From Priapulus caudatus (lineage: Eukaryota), in contig NW_014577077.1 of the NCBI RefSeq assembly GCF_000485595.1, forward strand, positions 684,063 through 748,062: a stretch of 64,000 bases of DNA. The letters run 5' to 3'. Made by a program: the position numbers and the translations under genes. This document shows positions 38,159 to 50,905 of the stretch, in pieces (the first letter of the stretch is position 1; every line of letters begins with the position of its first letter). The notes beneath the pieces were generated by a model. The model worked only from the letters and a program-made list of their open reading frames with translations, was not told where the DNA came from and searched no databases.

Positions 38159-39465
38159 CAACGAACATTCCTGTCAGAAATAGGTTCCTGATACCATCCC
38201 TATGGCTTCCACTGTTTCGGTGCGTATGTGAACACATTTGGGACTGAACAGGGTTTACTAGAATCCCACCACTGCACCACAAAGTCACCGCAGTGGTACG
38301 TGAGATGAGCGCTGTCGCTCTGCGGCACTTGTTTAAATATTATTCCCGTAATATGCAGTATATACTTATGTAATTCCTTATATAATTAACTTGCAGGTAG
38401 AGAACACTCCTTAAAGGTCAGCACAGATGACTGCGATGTACTTCAAGAAAATGATTCTTCCGAGAGCAGTTGTTCCATGTTAACACATATTGTAGAGATA
38501 TGGCAAAAACTGTTCATGCATATAATTGAATGACAGCAAGAATATATATTAGAACACGTTAACTGTTGGTCATTTTACTATAATTTGTCGTTATAATGAT
38601 AGGGGCAATGTAGTATTTTATTTTAATACAATTATGCCAATTATACATATAATATTTGAAGAGATGCTTTCGTGGCTTAGTGATTAGGCCCACGTATACT
38701 GTCCACTGAAGGCTGAGTTCAATCCGGCCGGGGCAGTGAATTTTTCTCAGGTGTAAAACCTGCTCTCAACATTGGAGCTGTGATATCTTCCGCGTGCTCG
38801 GATGACCACTGTAAATGGGCGGTCCGTCTCCAGTTAATGACGAAAGGCCAACGGGACGTAAAAGAACGCACTGAGGGCGCAAAAACAAACTCTGGCTGTG
38901 ACCACACTCAGTGACATTCAGTGCCATTCGCTATATGCTATATAGCGTGTTGGCGGACAGTTTACCCCCTGTCTGTAATAGTTCCGGGAGCCTAGAAGGG
39001 TCCACGCGTGCACCCCCGCCCCCCACAAACCTCTCCGAACCAATATTTTTCTGAGCGCCCTGATGCCTTGATCACGAAATAAATGTTAACATTGCGTAAG
39101 TTGGGACGACTTCCGGTATGACGTCAATCAAGATGGCCGCCATTAGTGAAATTTACCAAAATCATAAATCGTTATTTTCTGATCAAATTAAAGCAAATGA
39201 GGTATCAAAATGACCGCAATAGAATAACAAACAGATATATTAACAAAACAAACTACTACAAAAAGATTCATTTCCAGAAAAATGAATTTATGTCGATTTT
39301 GATTTCAATTTTTGGTCATATTCTTTCAGAAAGCAAACAACCATAGTCATGATTCAGAAATTGGTTTTTCACATATTTGAGAACGACCACACCTTTTGTT
39401 CATATCATGTGTATCACAACTGTTAAAATATCAACAGTCATATCAACAATAATTGCCGTTTCTGT
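38159..39465 (+). repeat. 1.3-kb direct repeat of 49018-50316
   Basis: Both start CAACGAACATTCCT and end AATTGCCGTTTCTGT. Confidence 0.9.
38397..38495 (+). pseudogene. Second, indel-containing copy of the CENP-O-like terminal exon
   Basis: Same sequence as 49251-49348 with 1-nt indels (gactgcgatgtac vs gactgcgagtac). Lies in the 1.3-kb repeat; may be the true location with read errors. Confidence 0.5.
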
Positions 39466-39706
39466 GTGTCTAAATATCTAACTATGTCATTCCCGGTTAC
39501 GTATTGTCAATCCAGATCACTGTCTGTGCTTTCACCACTGCTTTGTCTATAGAGCAATAACAAATATAATTCCATGTGGAGCATAAAACGAAGGGGTGTG
39601 CGTAGATAAATCTTTAAAACGGGGCGTGAGAGAGAAAGAGAGAAAGAAAGAGAGCAATAGAGAGAGAGGGACAAGGCCATAAATAACTCGACAGAGTGAT
39701 ACAGTC

Positions 39707-39709
<3 letters not shown>

Positions 39710-39765
<56 letters not shown>

Positions 39766-42060
39766 GAGAGAGAGAGAGAGAGAGAGAGGAGAGGAGAGAG
39801 AGAGAGAGAGAAGAGAGAACGAGAGAGTGGATAGTGGTGGATGGATGATGGATGGATGGATGGATGATGGATGGATGGATGGATATGAATTGGATGGATG
39901 GATGGGATGGATAAAGTAGGTGGGGTGGAGGAGATGGATGGATGGATGATGGATGGATGATAAATGGATGAATGGGATGGATGGATGGATGGATGGATGG
40001 ATGGATGATGGCATCTATGGATGGATGGATGGATGGATGGATGGATGGATGGATGGATGAGTACGATGGAATGGATGAAGATGGATTGGCATGGATGGAT
40101 GGTGGTGAATGAATGGATGGATGATGGCATTGTGGATGGATAGATGGAGTGAGGAAGGCTGGGTGTGAGATGGATGGATGGATTGTATGGGTGGATGAGA
40201 TGGGATGGACGTGATGGATCGGAGGTCGATGGATGGATGAAATGAATAATGGATGAAGAAGACTGGATGGAATGGATGGATGGAGTGGATGATGATGGAT
40301 GCGATTGGATGGATGGATGGGGAGTGGATGGATAGATAGATAGATAGATAGATGTGATGGATGAAAGCCTGGGTGGGGTCGGGATGGAATGGCTGTTGAA
40401 GATGGATGGTGGAATGGGTGCGCATGGTGGATTGAATAGGATGGATGGATGGAATGCATGGATGGATTGGACTGAATGGATGGATGATGGAGTGTGATGG
40501 ATGGATGGATGATCGGGCGCATGGAATGGATGGATGGAGGATGGATGGATGGCATGCGATTGGATGGATGGATGGATGGATGACGATGGATGGATGGATG
40601 GAGTGGATGGGATAGTGGATGAGGATAGATGGATGATATGGATGGATAGATGAGATTGAATGGATGGATGTGATGATGAACGGATGCGATGGCATGGATG
40701 GGATGGATGGTATGGAAGGATGGATGGATGGATGGATGGATGGATGGATGGGATGACGCGCGGGGACGGGCCGGGCGAATGGGGGATTGGATGGATGGAT
40801 TGGATGGATGGATGGACTTGTGGATGGATGGATGGCTGGACAAGGATGGGATGGATTTGCTTGCAAGGACTGGGATGGATAGGGACGGATGGATGGACGG
40901 ATGGACTGGATGGATGGATGAGGGTGGAATGGTGGGTGGATGGATGGATGGATGGATTGAAGTGGACTGGATGGATGGGCTGTAAGGATGGATGGATCAA
41001 CCTGAGCAAGGATAGATGGATGCATGGATGCCTGGATGGAATAGGTGTAAGCATAGATTAGATGAAATGGATAGAATGAATGGAATGGATGGGATAAATG
41101 GATAGATAGAATAGATAGACAGATGGAATAGATGCGATGATATGGATGGATGGTCGGCATAGATGGATTGGATGAAATGCATGGATGGAATGGATGCCTG
41201 GATGAATGAATGATGGATGGATGAATGGATGGATGGATTGGATGGGACGAACGGACGGACGGACGGAACCGCGGACGGATGGATGGTGGATGGATGGATG
41301 GGTGGAGGGAGGGATGTGATGGTTGGGATGGATCGAAACTGGGTGGCGTGGATGGATGTGCGTGGAAAGGATGGATGGATGGTCTGCCAAGATGGATGGA
41401 TGGATGGATGCTGGATTGGCAATGGATGCATGCGATCATGATGGATGCATGGATGGGATTGATATCGGATGGAATGGGATGGTGGATGCAATGGCTGGAT
41501 GGATGGATGCATGGATGGATGGACTGGATGGATAGATAGAGCTGTCATGGATGGATGCAATGGAATGGATGGATGGATGGATGGATGGATGGAGTGGATG
41601 GATGGATGGATGCATGGATGGATGGATGGATGGATGGATTGGGATGGACTGCGATGGATGGATGGATGGATGGATGGATGGAGTGGATAGATTAGGATAG
41701 ATAGATAGATAGAAATATAGATAGATAGATAGATAGATAGATAGATGGATAGATAGATGGATGAAATTGGATGGCTGGAAAGATGGATGGATGGCTGCAA
41801 GGATGAATGGATGAATGGATGAATGGATGGATGGATGGGGGGGGGATGGATGCATGAATGGATGGATGGATGGATGGATGGGGGGGGGATGGATGCATGA
41901 ATGGATGGATGGTCCGGATAGATGGATGGATAGATGGATAGATAGATGGATGTATGGATGAATGGATGGATGGATGGATGAATAGATAGTATGGATGGAG
42001 GGAGTAGATACAATGGATACATGGATGGCAGTGGATACATGGATGGATTGGATGGATGGG
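39710..42060. repeat. (GA)n followed by a ~2.2-kb degenerate (GGAT)n/(GATA)n array
   Basis: Directly visible; explains the long HPSI/MDGW pseudo-ORFs. Confidence 0.95.
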
Positions 42061-45011
42061 CAAGAAAGGGGAGCGCAGGCTCTGGAGGATTGGACGGGAT
42101 AAGGAGACAGACGATAGCCCGGTCGCAGACAGGGTGTGATGGCATGACTGAGCGAGACGGATGGAGGGGTCCTGTGTATGATGGACTGGTGGTTTTGGTG
42201 GATCTTGCGTACCGCGAGAGCGTGGGTATGGTAGTCACTACAAGGGGAGTTTCCTATCGAGCACCGTCTGTGGGCCGATGATCTGCTGAGGCTGCGGCCC
42301 CGAACGACTTAAATTTTTAGTTCATTTTGAAATTGGTACAATGCTCACAATCGATATAGAGATTGGCATTTTTTTTGGAAATGGTAAAGACTATTTCATA
42401 CTTAGATGTGGTCGGTTCGTCGCAAGGGGTTGTGGGTGCGTAATGAAAACATTGTCTGAATTATGGACTAGGGGGGCGATGGTTGTGTTGCTTTCTGGAA
42501 ATAAATGTGTGACAAAAATAATGACCATGGGCTATTTTGTGGAATATATGTGAAAATTTTGGGACGATGCATGAATCCATTCGAGCATAAATGCATTTTT
42601 TCAGGTAAATTGAATCTTTTTCTATAGGTAGTTTGTGTTGTTAATAGAGTGGTGGTTTAGTTATTCCGCTATTGGCGGTCGTGTTTTGTATACCGCGTTG
42701 CATTTGGTTTAATCTTGATCGACAATACTGAACGAAGGTTAGGCGATTTATTTGTGATAAGACTGTTCGACTAGAGATGGGGCGGTCATGTCGGGTCTGT
42801 GGATGACTCTCATACGGTGGACCGCGGGAAGTTCGTCGTGGCCGAAGCTGTACGCAATGGTGGTAAACAGTTGTATGTTTCGTGATCAGGCGGCCGGCGC
42901 GGCTCCACTCCTTTCGCCAGAAAACCTATCTGGTTCCCGGAGCGCTTCTGCTGGTGGGGCGGCGCTGCAGCCGCACGGTACGGACCCCTTCCATAAGCTT
43001 TCCCGCCCTACCTAACAGGTTGGCAAAGGAAGGGCATCCTGCTGTAAAAATCGCCACAACACAAAAAATGACTAGTCATAATCAAAGAATTGACCCTCAT
43101 AACTGCTCTGTGTGGAGAGGGCGTCTTCGAGGAAGACAAGTCAGACAGGCCACACCGTCGGTAGAGGTTAATTCAGGCCTGGATAATCAAAACTAGGATG
43201 TTGAAAAAAAATTTATGTAGAACACCTAGGCACACAAATCTAAGTTAATTCTCTGTATATATGTATTTTCAATATTACCATATCTTGACAATGCAGGCAA
43301 TGCATATAAAGTATGATGACATTGTTATGAATGTTTACAAAGTGTAGATAGATAAGATCGACAGTAGACAGAAATTCTAACTGTTTAATAAAATATCCAC
43401 TTACTATCTATAAAAATGTACTTAGTTTACTAATGAAGCTTCATTTAAACACTGTTAATGCGTATCTGTAGCAAGAAATAGTACAGTTCTGTTGCTTTCT
43501 ACCATGTCTACTGAGTATTTGGTATTACCAAGGTGGCCACTCAGGACCCGTTATGAAAAAACGGCTTCGTGTCTTATGTGTTATATCAGCATTACTCAGA
43601 ATAGATATTTAGAACGTGCAGATGAGCAATACGCTCACTACATAACTATGCTCATAATAGGCATGCCTAAATCAGAAAATAACTGTAAAGCATTGATATG
43701 ACCCAATGATTCAGAATAGGTAAAATTCTGCTTCTGCTATTTGCGAGTGCAGCAACCCAATCATTGCCAGAATGCAGATTCAGTAGTCAGATTCATCATT
43801 GCAAGGGATCATCAAAAAAATCATACAGCCTATTAGATGATATCAATAGAAAAATATAAATTATTGATTGGTGTTTGCAAGAAAAACAACTTTTCTACTC
43901 AGAAATGTTGGTCAAAAGAAGGTAGACGAAACAAACGTTTGCAGACGTTTTTAACGGCAATTCTATATTATATGATAAACATACACACATTACAATTGGT
44001 TTCCCTGAGTAGTATAGAGCCTTTAGAGCTTTGCCTGAGACAAGTATCTAGTATTATTTATGTTTCCAACATATAGCAAAGCTACTGATACAGTATATAT
44101 GCACTAATTGTAAGATGACAAGCATATGCGTCAACATTTGATTGTTGATTAACAAGACTTTCCTGAGTAAATGATTTAAGTATATACTAAATAAACAAAT
44201 TCTAGTGGTGTTTTGACTATTAGAATGGTTAACATATGGCTATTAAAACAATTTGAATGCTTGTTACACATCTTGCTCACTAATGAGCCGACCTCTCTGA
44301 CCCGGGCATCAGCAACCACCAGCGCCATGTTCAAGCTTTGCCTAACAAGTCGCCGCAAGACTGGCCGTATTTACTTGATTGTACACATGACAAAAGTTGA
44401 TCATTTTTATGCCAAGTAAAAAAGATTTTTGATCAAATACGACCCATTTGCTTGCATGACCAGTTGCAATGACAGGAAAATGTGATCAGTGAAAAATTAC
44501 ATTGTTGACACACGGTTTTAGAGTACATTGGATTTTCCCGATAATGCTGAGGTAGAACAAGACCAGACTGGACCTGACGGCCATATTGACGACAGTAATC
44601 CATTATACAGTTATTCTTACATGATATACGAAAATTATGGCAATCATATGGAGAGAGAATGCCTAAAACCCATTGCACTTGAAGGCAGTTGTAAGTATCA
44701 TTTACCACTCACTCCCTTACTCCCACAACACACGCACAAAGATACAATTCAACTACTGTGTACACATAATGAACTCTTATGCACTTAAATCTGACAGGAC
44801 CAACGCATACCAAGCTTAGTTTAGAATTGGTTATTCTCTTGATGATGATGATGATGTCGATGGGTTACCAACTATCTCAATAGCGCACGAGAGAGAAGGG
44901 GAAGAAAATGATAGAAAGAGCAAAAGAAAATTGGGTGAGAGAGACCGATCGAGAGAGGGGGTTGAAGGAGAGAGGGATAGGGGGGAGAATGAGAGAGAGA
45001 TAGCAAGACAA

Positions 45012-45096
<85 letters not shown>

Positions 45097-45232
45097 AGAG
45101 AGAAGAACGAAAACGAAAAAGAAAGAGACGACGGACGACGAGAGAGGACGGCGCGCGACGACGACGACGACGCCGACGACGACGACACGACACACACACA
45201 CACACGAGAGAGAGAGAGAGAGAGAGAGAGAG
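45012..45232. repeat. Compound microsatellite (GCAC)n(CA)n(GAC)n(GA)n next to a 10-N gap
   Basis: Directly visible; N at 45233-45242. Confidence 0.9.
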
Positions 45233-48200
45233 NNNNNNNNNNGGAGGCAGAAGAAAGGGGGGGGGGCACAGACTCGCCCAGCCTATCAGAGAACAGGTGC
45301 CCATTTCAGACATCAACAATCACAGAGGCGAGCTAACGTAAGTTATTGCCAACTTGTTTATAGAGAGACGCAAAACACACATCAATAGGTGTGCTGACAA
45401 CATACCGACTGACTACAGAGAGCTACGCCGTGCCCTCCAGAAACGTAATGATGGATTTACTCGCAAAAATTATAAAAATCCGAATTTACGATACTGATAT
45501 GGACACGACTGTGTGATGCCTAGGCACACATAAATAACTCGTATACCAATCAGCACCCCTACATGTGACCGCTTCTAGTAAAATCATGATATTACTCACG
45601 GATAACAGAACCTCCGTGAAATTACTCATCAGTCATGAGTTCCAGTAATTCCAGGAACGCATTCACAAACTTCAGCAACTCCATAAAAATATTCACAAAT
45701 TTCACAAATTCTGTGTAATCAATCACGAATTCCAGTAATTCTGTGAATGCACTCGTGGATTCTACTGATTCCATCACCACCACAATTCCACAGTACTAGC
45801 TACACGGTAATAATGCAACACACTTGCAACAAAGTGCTTCAGTCCCAAGTGCCAAGCCGCCAGCCATTTCCTTATCACAAACTAAAAGTAGTGGCATATT
45901 TGTGCTGGAGCCCTCTACTCTGCCAACCGTGTAAACCAGTAAGAAACTGCAGCGCTCCGAGGGCGTGCACTAGCAGCACACATCTTAACATGTAACGTTT
46001 TACACTGATGGCAGCGTACTGGAAATCACGAGTATTCAGCTTCTTAATACCTGGGTTGTGACACACAACTGGCTCCCAAGGGGCTTCCAAATGACTTTCA
46101 CAAGTTCCTTTGTTGACTCACAGTGGCTGAAGCCATGGGTATACAAACTAGCGCTGCGACCAAAATTTCAGTCAAAATGCTATTCTCACAATCGGAATTC
46201 GCGTCATTGAACTACCAATATGACAAGATTCTGGATTTTTGGCTTAGCCACACGGCCAGAATTTAGGTCATTGAGCTAGTCTCACAACCAGAAGATGGGT
46301 TGCGAGCTCTAGTCACACGACCAGTATTTGGGTTGCTGAGTAGCACCACGCCCCAAATCCTGGCAGGTAACCCTTACGACCACAATTTTCCTTCATTGAC
46401 TAGCTCGACGACCAATATTTGGGTTGCTGAGATAACTTCAACACCAGAATTTTGAATCAATTGGCTAGCCCCATGAACGGAATTTCAGTGGAAACCGACT
46501 AGAGAACCTTACAATGAATCTCGAAAAAGAGCCAGCTCACACACTTGATGCTAATACTAAGAGCTAACATGCAGATTATTACAAAAACGGTCACAGTGAC
46601 AATTTAGTTTAATCTAGAGGTAGTCCGTGTAGTACATGCTCACGACGATTGAGGTAGCATTTCAATGGAATACAAAAAAATACTCAATGCAAATCACCTG
46701 AGGTACCTTAGTAACTGTAACACTTGCTGTGCCTTTGACACAACCCTAATAAATAACCCGCAGTGCCGCACACCGACGAAATTTCTCCATCCTCCACGCT
46801 ACAACTACACAAAAATTCTGCTTGATTTCTAAAACTGATCCCCTTGCTGGTGTCATGACAAGCAGCCCGTCTAAAACGGGTAGAGACACCAGTGTTCAAA
46901 GAACGCACTGCAATCCAGTCCCGTGTACGCGTCTACAAAAATACGAACGTGGGCAAACTGCACCGGAGAATTTGTTCGTAGTACCTCACATTTGTGCAGC
47001 AATCAAATAGCACTACGCGCAATAAGCTACACCGGCAGCACTGCATGTATGTTTTTACATCACGTAGCATGCGAAAAGACCAATGCCAGACAATGTAAAA
47101 GCAATGGCGAACCGTGCCCGCCCTACACAATCAAGTTTTCTGTCAGTGAGTCCATAGGCAAACGATCTACCTTGTGGGACGCTGACTGCTATCCTGTCAC
47201 CAGACACACTGAAAGTGGTAAACACCTTCACATATTGTGCATGCGATTGTAAAAAATTTAACCCAAGGAGCGAATTATTTGAGAAATTCAAAATGACTTT
47301 CCTACCCGCTATCGATAACTAAAAATAATGTATATATAGATATGTAAATATACGTACGTGCATGTAGTACGTTTTAACTAGCACAAAATGAACAAGTAAC
47401 CTTAATTATTGTATCATCATATAATATTGAAATCTGCATGCACTTAGTAATCATGAGCCATCACAAGCAGTATAGATATATTTGTTTAACTTTCGTAATA
47501 ACTCATTTAGCATGAACACAGCTAAAAAGTAGATAACTGAACTCTATATTGATGGTCTCTACAGGCTAATCATCACACGTATACAGATGATCTCTTCTAG
47601 TTCTGTATTTAAATACGATTACACAAGCCAAGGGAACAATTCCAGTAACAATTTTTTTATGTGACAGCTTCTAGGAAACCAACAGCAGGACCAGCTACAC
47701 TTACTGGCACACCCATTATGCAGTAACAGGAATATAGATGAAGTCGTTTGCTATATAGTGACAAACTACTAACGAAATTACCACAATATTAAAGTGATAA
47801 ATTGCTCAAAACTCCCAATATATGCTATAACATACGACTGGCCGACAATAATGCACAAAATCACATTACAGTGATATATAATAACAGTTATAAGTAAGGA
47901 AACCCGTTATTTTAGCGATCCGATTGCACACAGTAAACCTCAAATATATAATTTTATATATGTGTGTATATAATTAATTATGTATACATGTATATAGACA
48001 TAGGTAACATATAGGTAATAAAACAACAGAGAATTGGAGTGCATTTGACACACAGAAATACCCGCAATGTTTATGTGGCTTCAACCTGAACTGTGCTCGG
48101 AGTCATATCACAACAACTGTTTAACAAGTGTGATGAACGAGCGCGCAAGCACGCACACGCTACTGACACAATGCACAGCAACAGGTTACAATTAAGTTAG

Positions 48201-48374
48201 ACGACCTACACACTTGCAAAAAACGGTGCACACAGAAACCGAGCAACAAATGACGTAAGCTGTTACGCATTCACACCTTCAGGTGTCGGCACAGTAGAGC
48301 CAGACTTAGGCAGTTGGAGACAAAATGAGACAGTAGATCCAGCAGTCATCTGTCACCTCTCCACATGGACGCAG

Positions 48375-48800
48375 TTTTGCCACCAGGTGGCAGCACAGTG
48401 TAGAACAGAGGTAGCACATTGTATACATATCAATGTTTGGCATGCACAGCATTCTCACCAGGTGGCAGCACAGTCTAAAACACAGTTTGCACGTATTATA
48501 ATAACATTTGGTATAGAGTGTTGCCACCAGGTAGCAGTACAGTATCAAACAAAGGTAACACAAAGTAGGAATTATAACAACGTCTAGGATGCCCACCTGC
48601 ATTGTCACTAAGTGACAGCACAGCATGGAACAGAGGTAGCAGGTTTTAATGCATGATAATGTTTGACACGCACAGTGTTACCACCATGAGTCAGTATGGC
48701 ATTGAAAGGAGGTAGAATATCGCCTGTGTTATGACACCCGTTACACACATTGCTGCCACCTAGTGGCAGCACAGCATGGAACAGATGCAGGATGCATGCA
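48375..48800 (+). repeat. Degenerate ~75-bp tandem array, six units, each starting with a CTCF-like motif
   Basis: CACCAGGTGGCAGCACAG-type cores at 48381, 48456, 48525, 48606, 48682, 48757 (spacings 75, 69, 81, 76, 75). Confidence 0.8.
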
Positions 48801-49250
48801 ATACAACGACATTCGGCACATGCGGAGGAGCCATTAAAGTGCCAATGTAGTTTCAGAAGCACTGTGCGATGCTCATCGCAACAACAACACTGATAAATGA
48901 CTTCTCACACACTACTCTCTCAAAAGTGCAGCATCTGGTATCTTGTGCCCTTTCACTTACTTTACTAGCACACATTGTTGTTACACCAAGCACCATCAAC
49001 ACTATCCACACCACGTACAACGAACATTCCTTCGAAAAGGTTCCTGATACCATCCCTATGCCTTCCACTGTTTCGGTGCGTATGTGAACACATTTGGGAC
49101 TAACAGGGTTTACTAGAATCCCACCACTCCACCACAAAGTCACCGCAGTGGACGTGAGATGAGCGCTGTCGCTCTGCGGCACTTGTTTAAATATTATTCC
49201 GTAATATGCACGTATATACTTATGTAATTACTTATATAATTAACTTGCAG

Positions 49251-49348
49251 GTAGAGAACACTCCTTAAAGGTCAGCACAGATGACTGCGAGTACTTCAAG
49301 AAAATGATTCTTCCGAGAGCAGTTGATTCCATGTTAACACATATGTAG
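49251..49348 (+). CDS. CENPO: CENP-O-like terminal coding exon (in-frame copy)
   Basis: TTGCAG| acceptor, phase 1. Encodes (G)REHSLKVSTDDCEYFKKMILPRAVDSMLTHM-stop; length and hydrophobic pattern fit the CENP-O C-terminus. Confidence 0.55.
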
Positions 49349-49514
49349 AGAATATGCAAAAACTGTTCATCATATAATTGAATGACAGCAAGAATATATA
49401 TTTAGAACAACGTTAACTGTTGGTCATTTTTACTATCAATGTTCGTATAGATAGGGGCATGTAGTAATTTATTTTAATACAATTATGCCAATTATACATA
49501 TAATATTTGAAGAG

Positions 49515-49820
49515 ATGCTTTCGTGGCTTAGTGATTAGGCCACGTATACTGTCCACTGAAGGCTGAGTTCAATCCCCGGCCGGGGCAGTGAATTTTTCTC
49601 AAGGTGTAAAAACCTGGCTCTCAACATTGGAGACTGTGAATCTCCCGTGGCTCGGATGACCACGTAAAATGGCGGTCCCGTCTCCAGTAATACGAAAGGC
49701 CAACGGGGACGTAAAAGAACCACTGAGGGCGCAAAAACAAACTCTGGCTGTGACCACACTCAGTGACATTCAGTGCCATTCGCTATAGCTATATAGCGCT
49801 GTTGGCGGACAGTTTACCCC
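49515..49820 (+). mobile_element. tRNA-derived SINE with Deu/Nin-like central domain (copy ~38665-38965)
   Basis: A box TGGCTTAGTGATTAGG, B box GAGTTCAATCC, then TCGGATGACCACGTAAAATGGCGGTCCCG...GGACGTAAAAGAACC. Confidence 0.55.
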
Positions 49821-50316
49821 TGATCTGTAATAGTCCGGGAGCTAGAAGGGTCCACCGTGCACCCCCCCCACAAACCTCCGAACCAATATTTTTCTGAAGC
49901 CCCATGACGCCCTGATCACGAAAATAAATGTTAACATTGCGTAAGTTGGGACGAACTTCCGGTTATGACGTCATCAAGATGGCCGCCATAGTGAAATTTA
50001 CCAAAAATCATAAAATCGTTATTTTTCGATCAAATTAAACAAATGAGGTATCAAAATGACCGCAATAGAATAACAAACAGATATATTAACAAAACAAACT
50101 ACTACAAAAAGATTCATTTCCAGAAAAATGAATTTATGTCGATTTTGATTTCAATTTTTTGGTCAAATTTCTTTCAGAAAGCAAACAACCATAGTCATGA
50201 TTCAGAAATGGTTTATTCACACTATTGAGAACGACCACACACTATTTTGTTCATATCATGTGTATCACAACTGTTAAAATATCAACAGTCATATCAACAA
50301 TAATTGCCGTTTCTGT

Positions 50317-50896
50317 AAGTAGATAATAGGGAAGGAGTGTGACTTTAATAAACAAGGAAAATTCGTCATTTACTAGCCTTAGAATACCTACGATTTACTA
50401 CGTGCAACTCACCAACTTGAGCTCAAATCGTACACACTGTACATTCGCCTAGCATCGTGCGAAATCATTTCCTCGTATACACCCGCAATCCGGAGATACA
50501 GACTAAAACGTACGACACGATTTTTCATTATGTTGCCAGCAAACTGAATGTATAAACCGCCTAAATTGAAACAAAAGGCAGCTCTTGCGCACTTGCTCCC
50601 TCGGCGATGCGGTGTGGCTCGCTAGTAACTGCCTTTTGTTTCAATTTAGGTGGTTTATACATTCAGTTTGCTGGCAACATAATGGGAAATCGTGTCGTAC
50701 GTTTTAGTCTGTATCTCCGGATTGCGGGTGTATACGAGGAAAACGATTTCGCACGATGCTAGGCGAATGTACTGTGTACGATTTGAGCACAAGTTGGTTG
50801 AGTTGCGCGTAGTAAATCGTAGGTATTCTAAAGCTAGTAAATGATGAATTTCCCTTGTTTATTGAAGTCACACTCCTTCCCTATTATCTACTTCTG
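50317..50896. mobile_element. Foldback family A copy: ~265-bp inverted arms with ~47-nt spacer; left terminal CAG missing
   Basis: 50317-50581 is a near-perfect reverse complement of 50629-50893. Confidence 0.9.
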
Positions 50897-50905
50897 ATAT
50901 ATATA

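Noticed and set aside
39547..42281. 400-470 aa His/Pro/Ser/Ile-rich and MDGW ORFs
   Set aside because: Translations of the (GGAT)n microsatellite, open in several frames.
48625..48700. AGAGGTAGCAGGTT looks like a mature let-7 family sequence
   Set aside because: No convincing complementary arm for a pre-miRNA hairpin; it is one unit of the 75-bp repeat.
48375..48800. CRISPR-like repeat/spacer appearance
   Set aside because: Eukaryotic context, repeats too degenerate, spacers related to each other, no cas genes.
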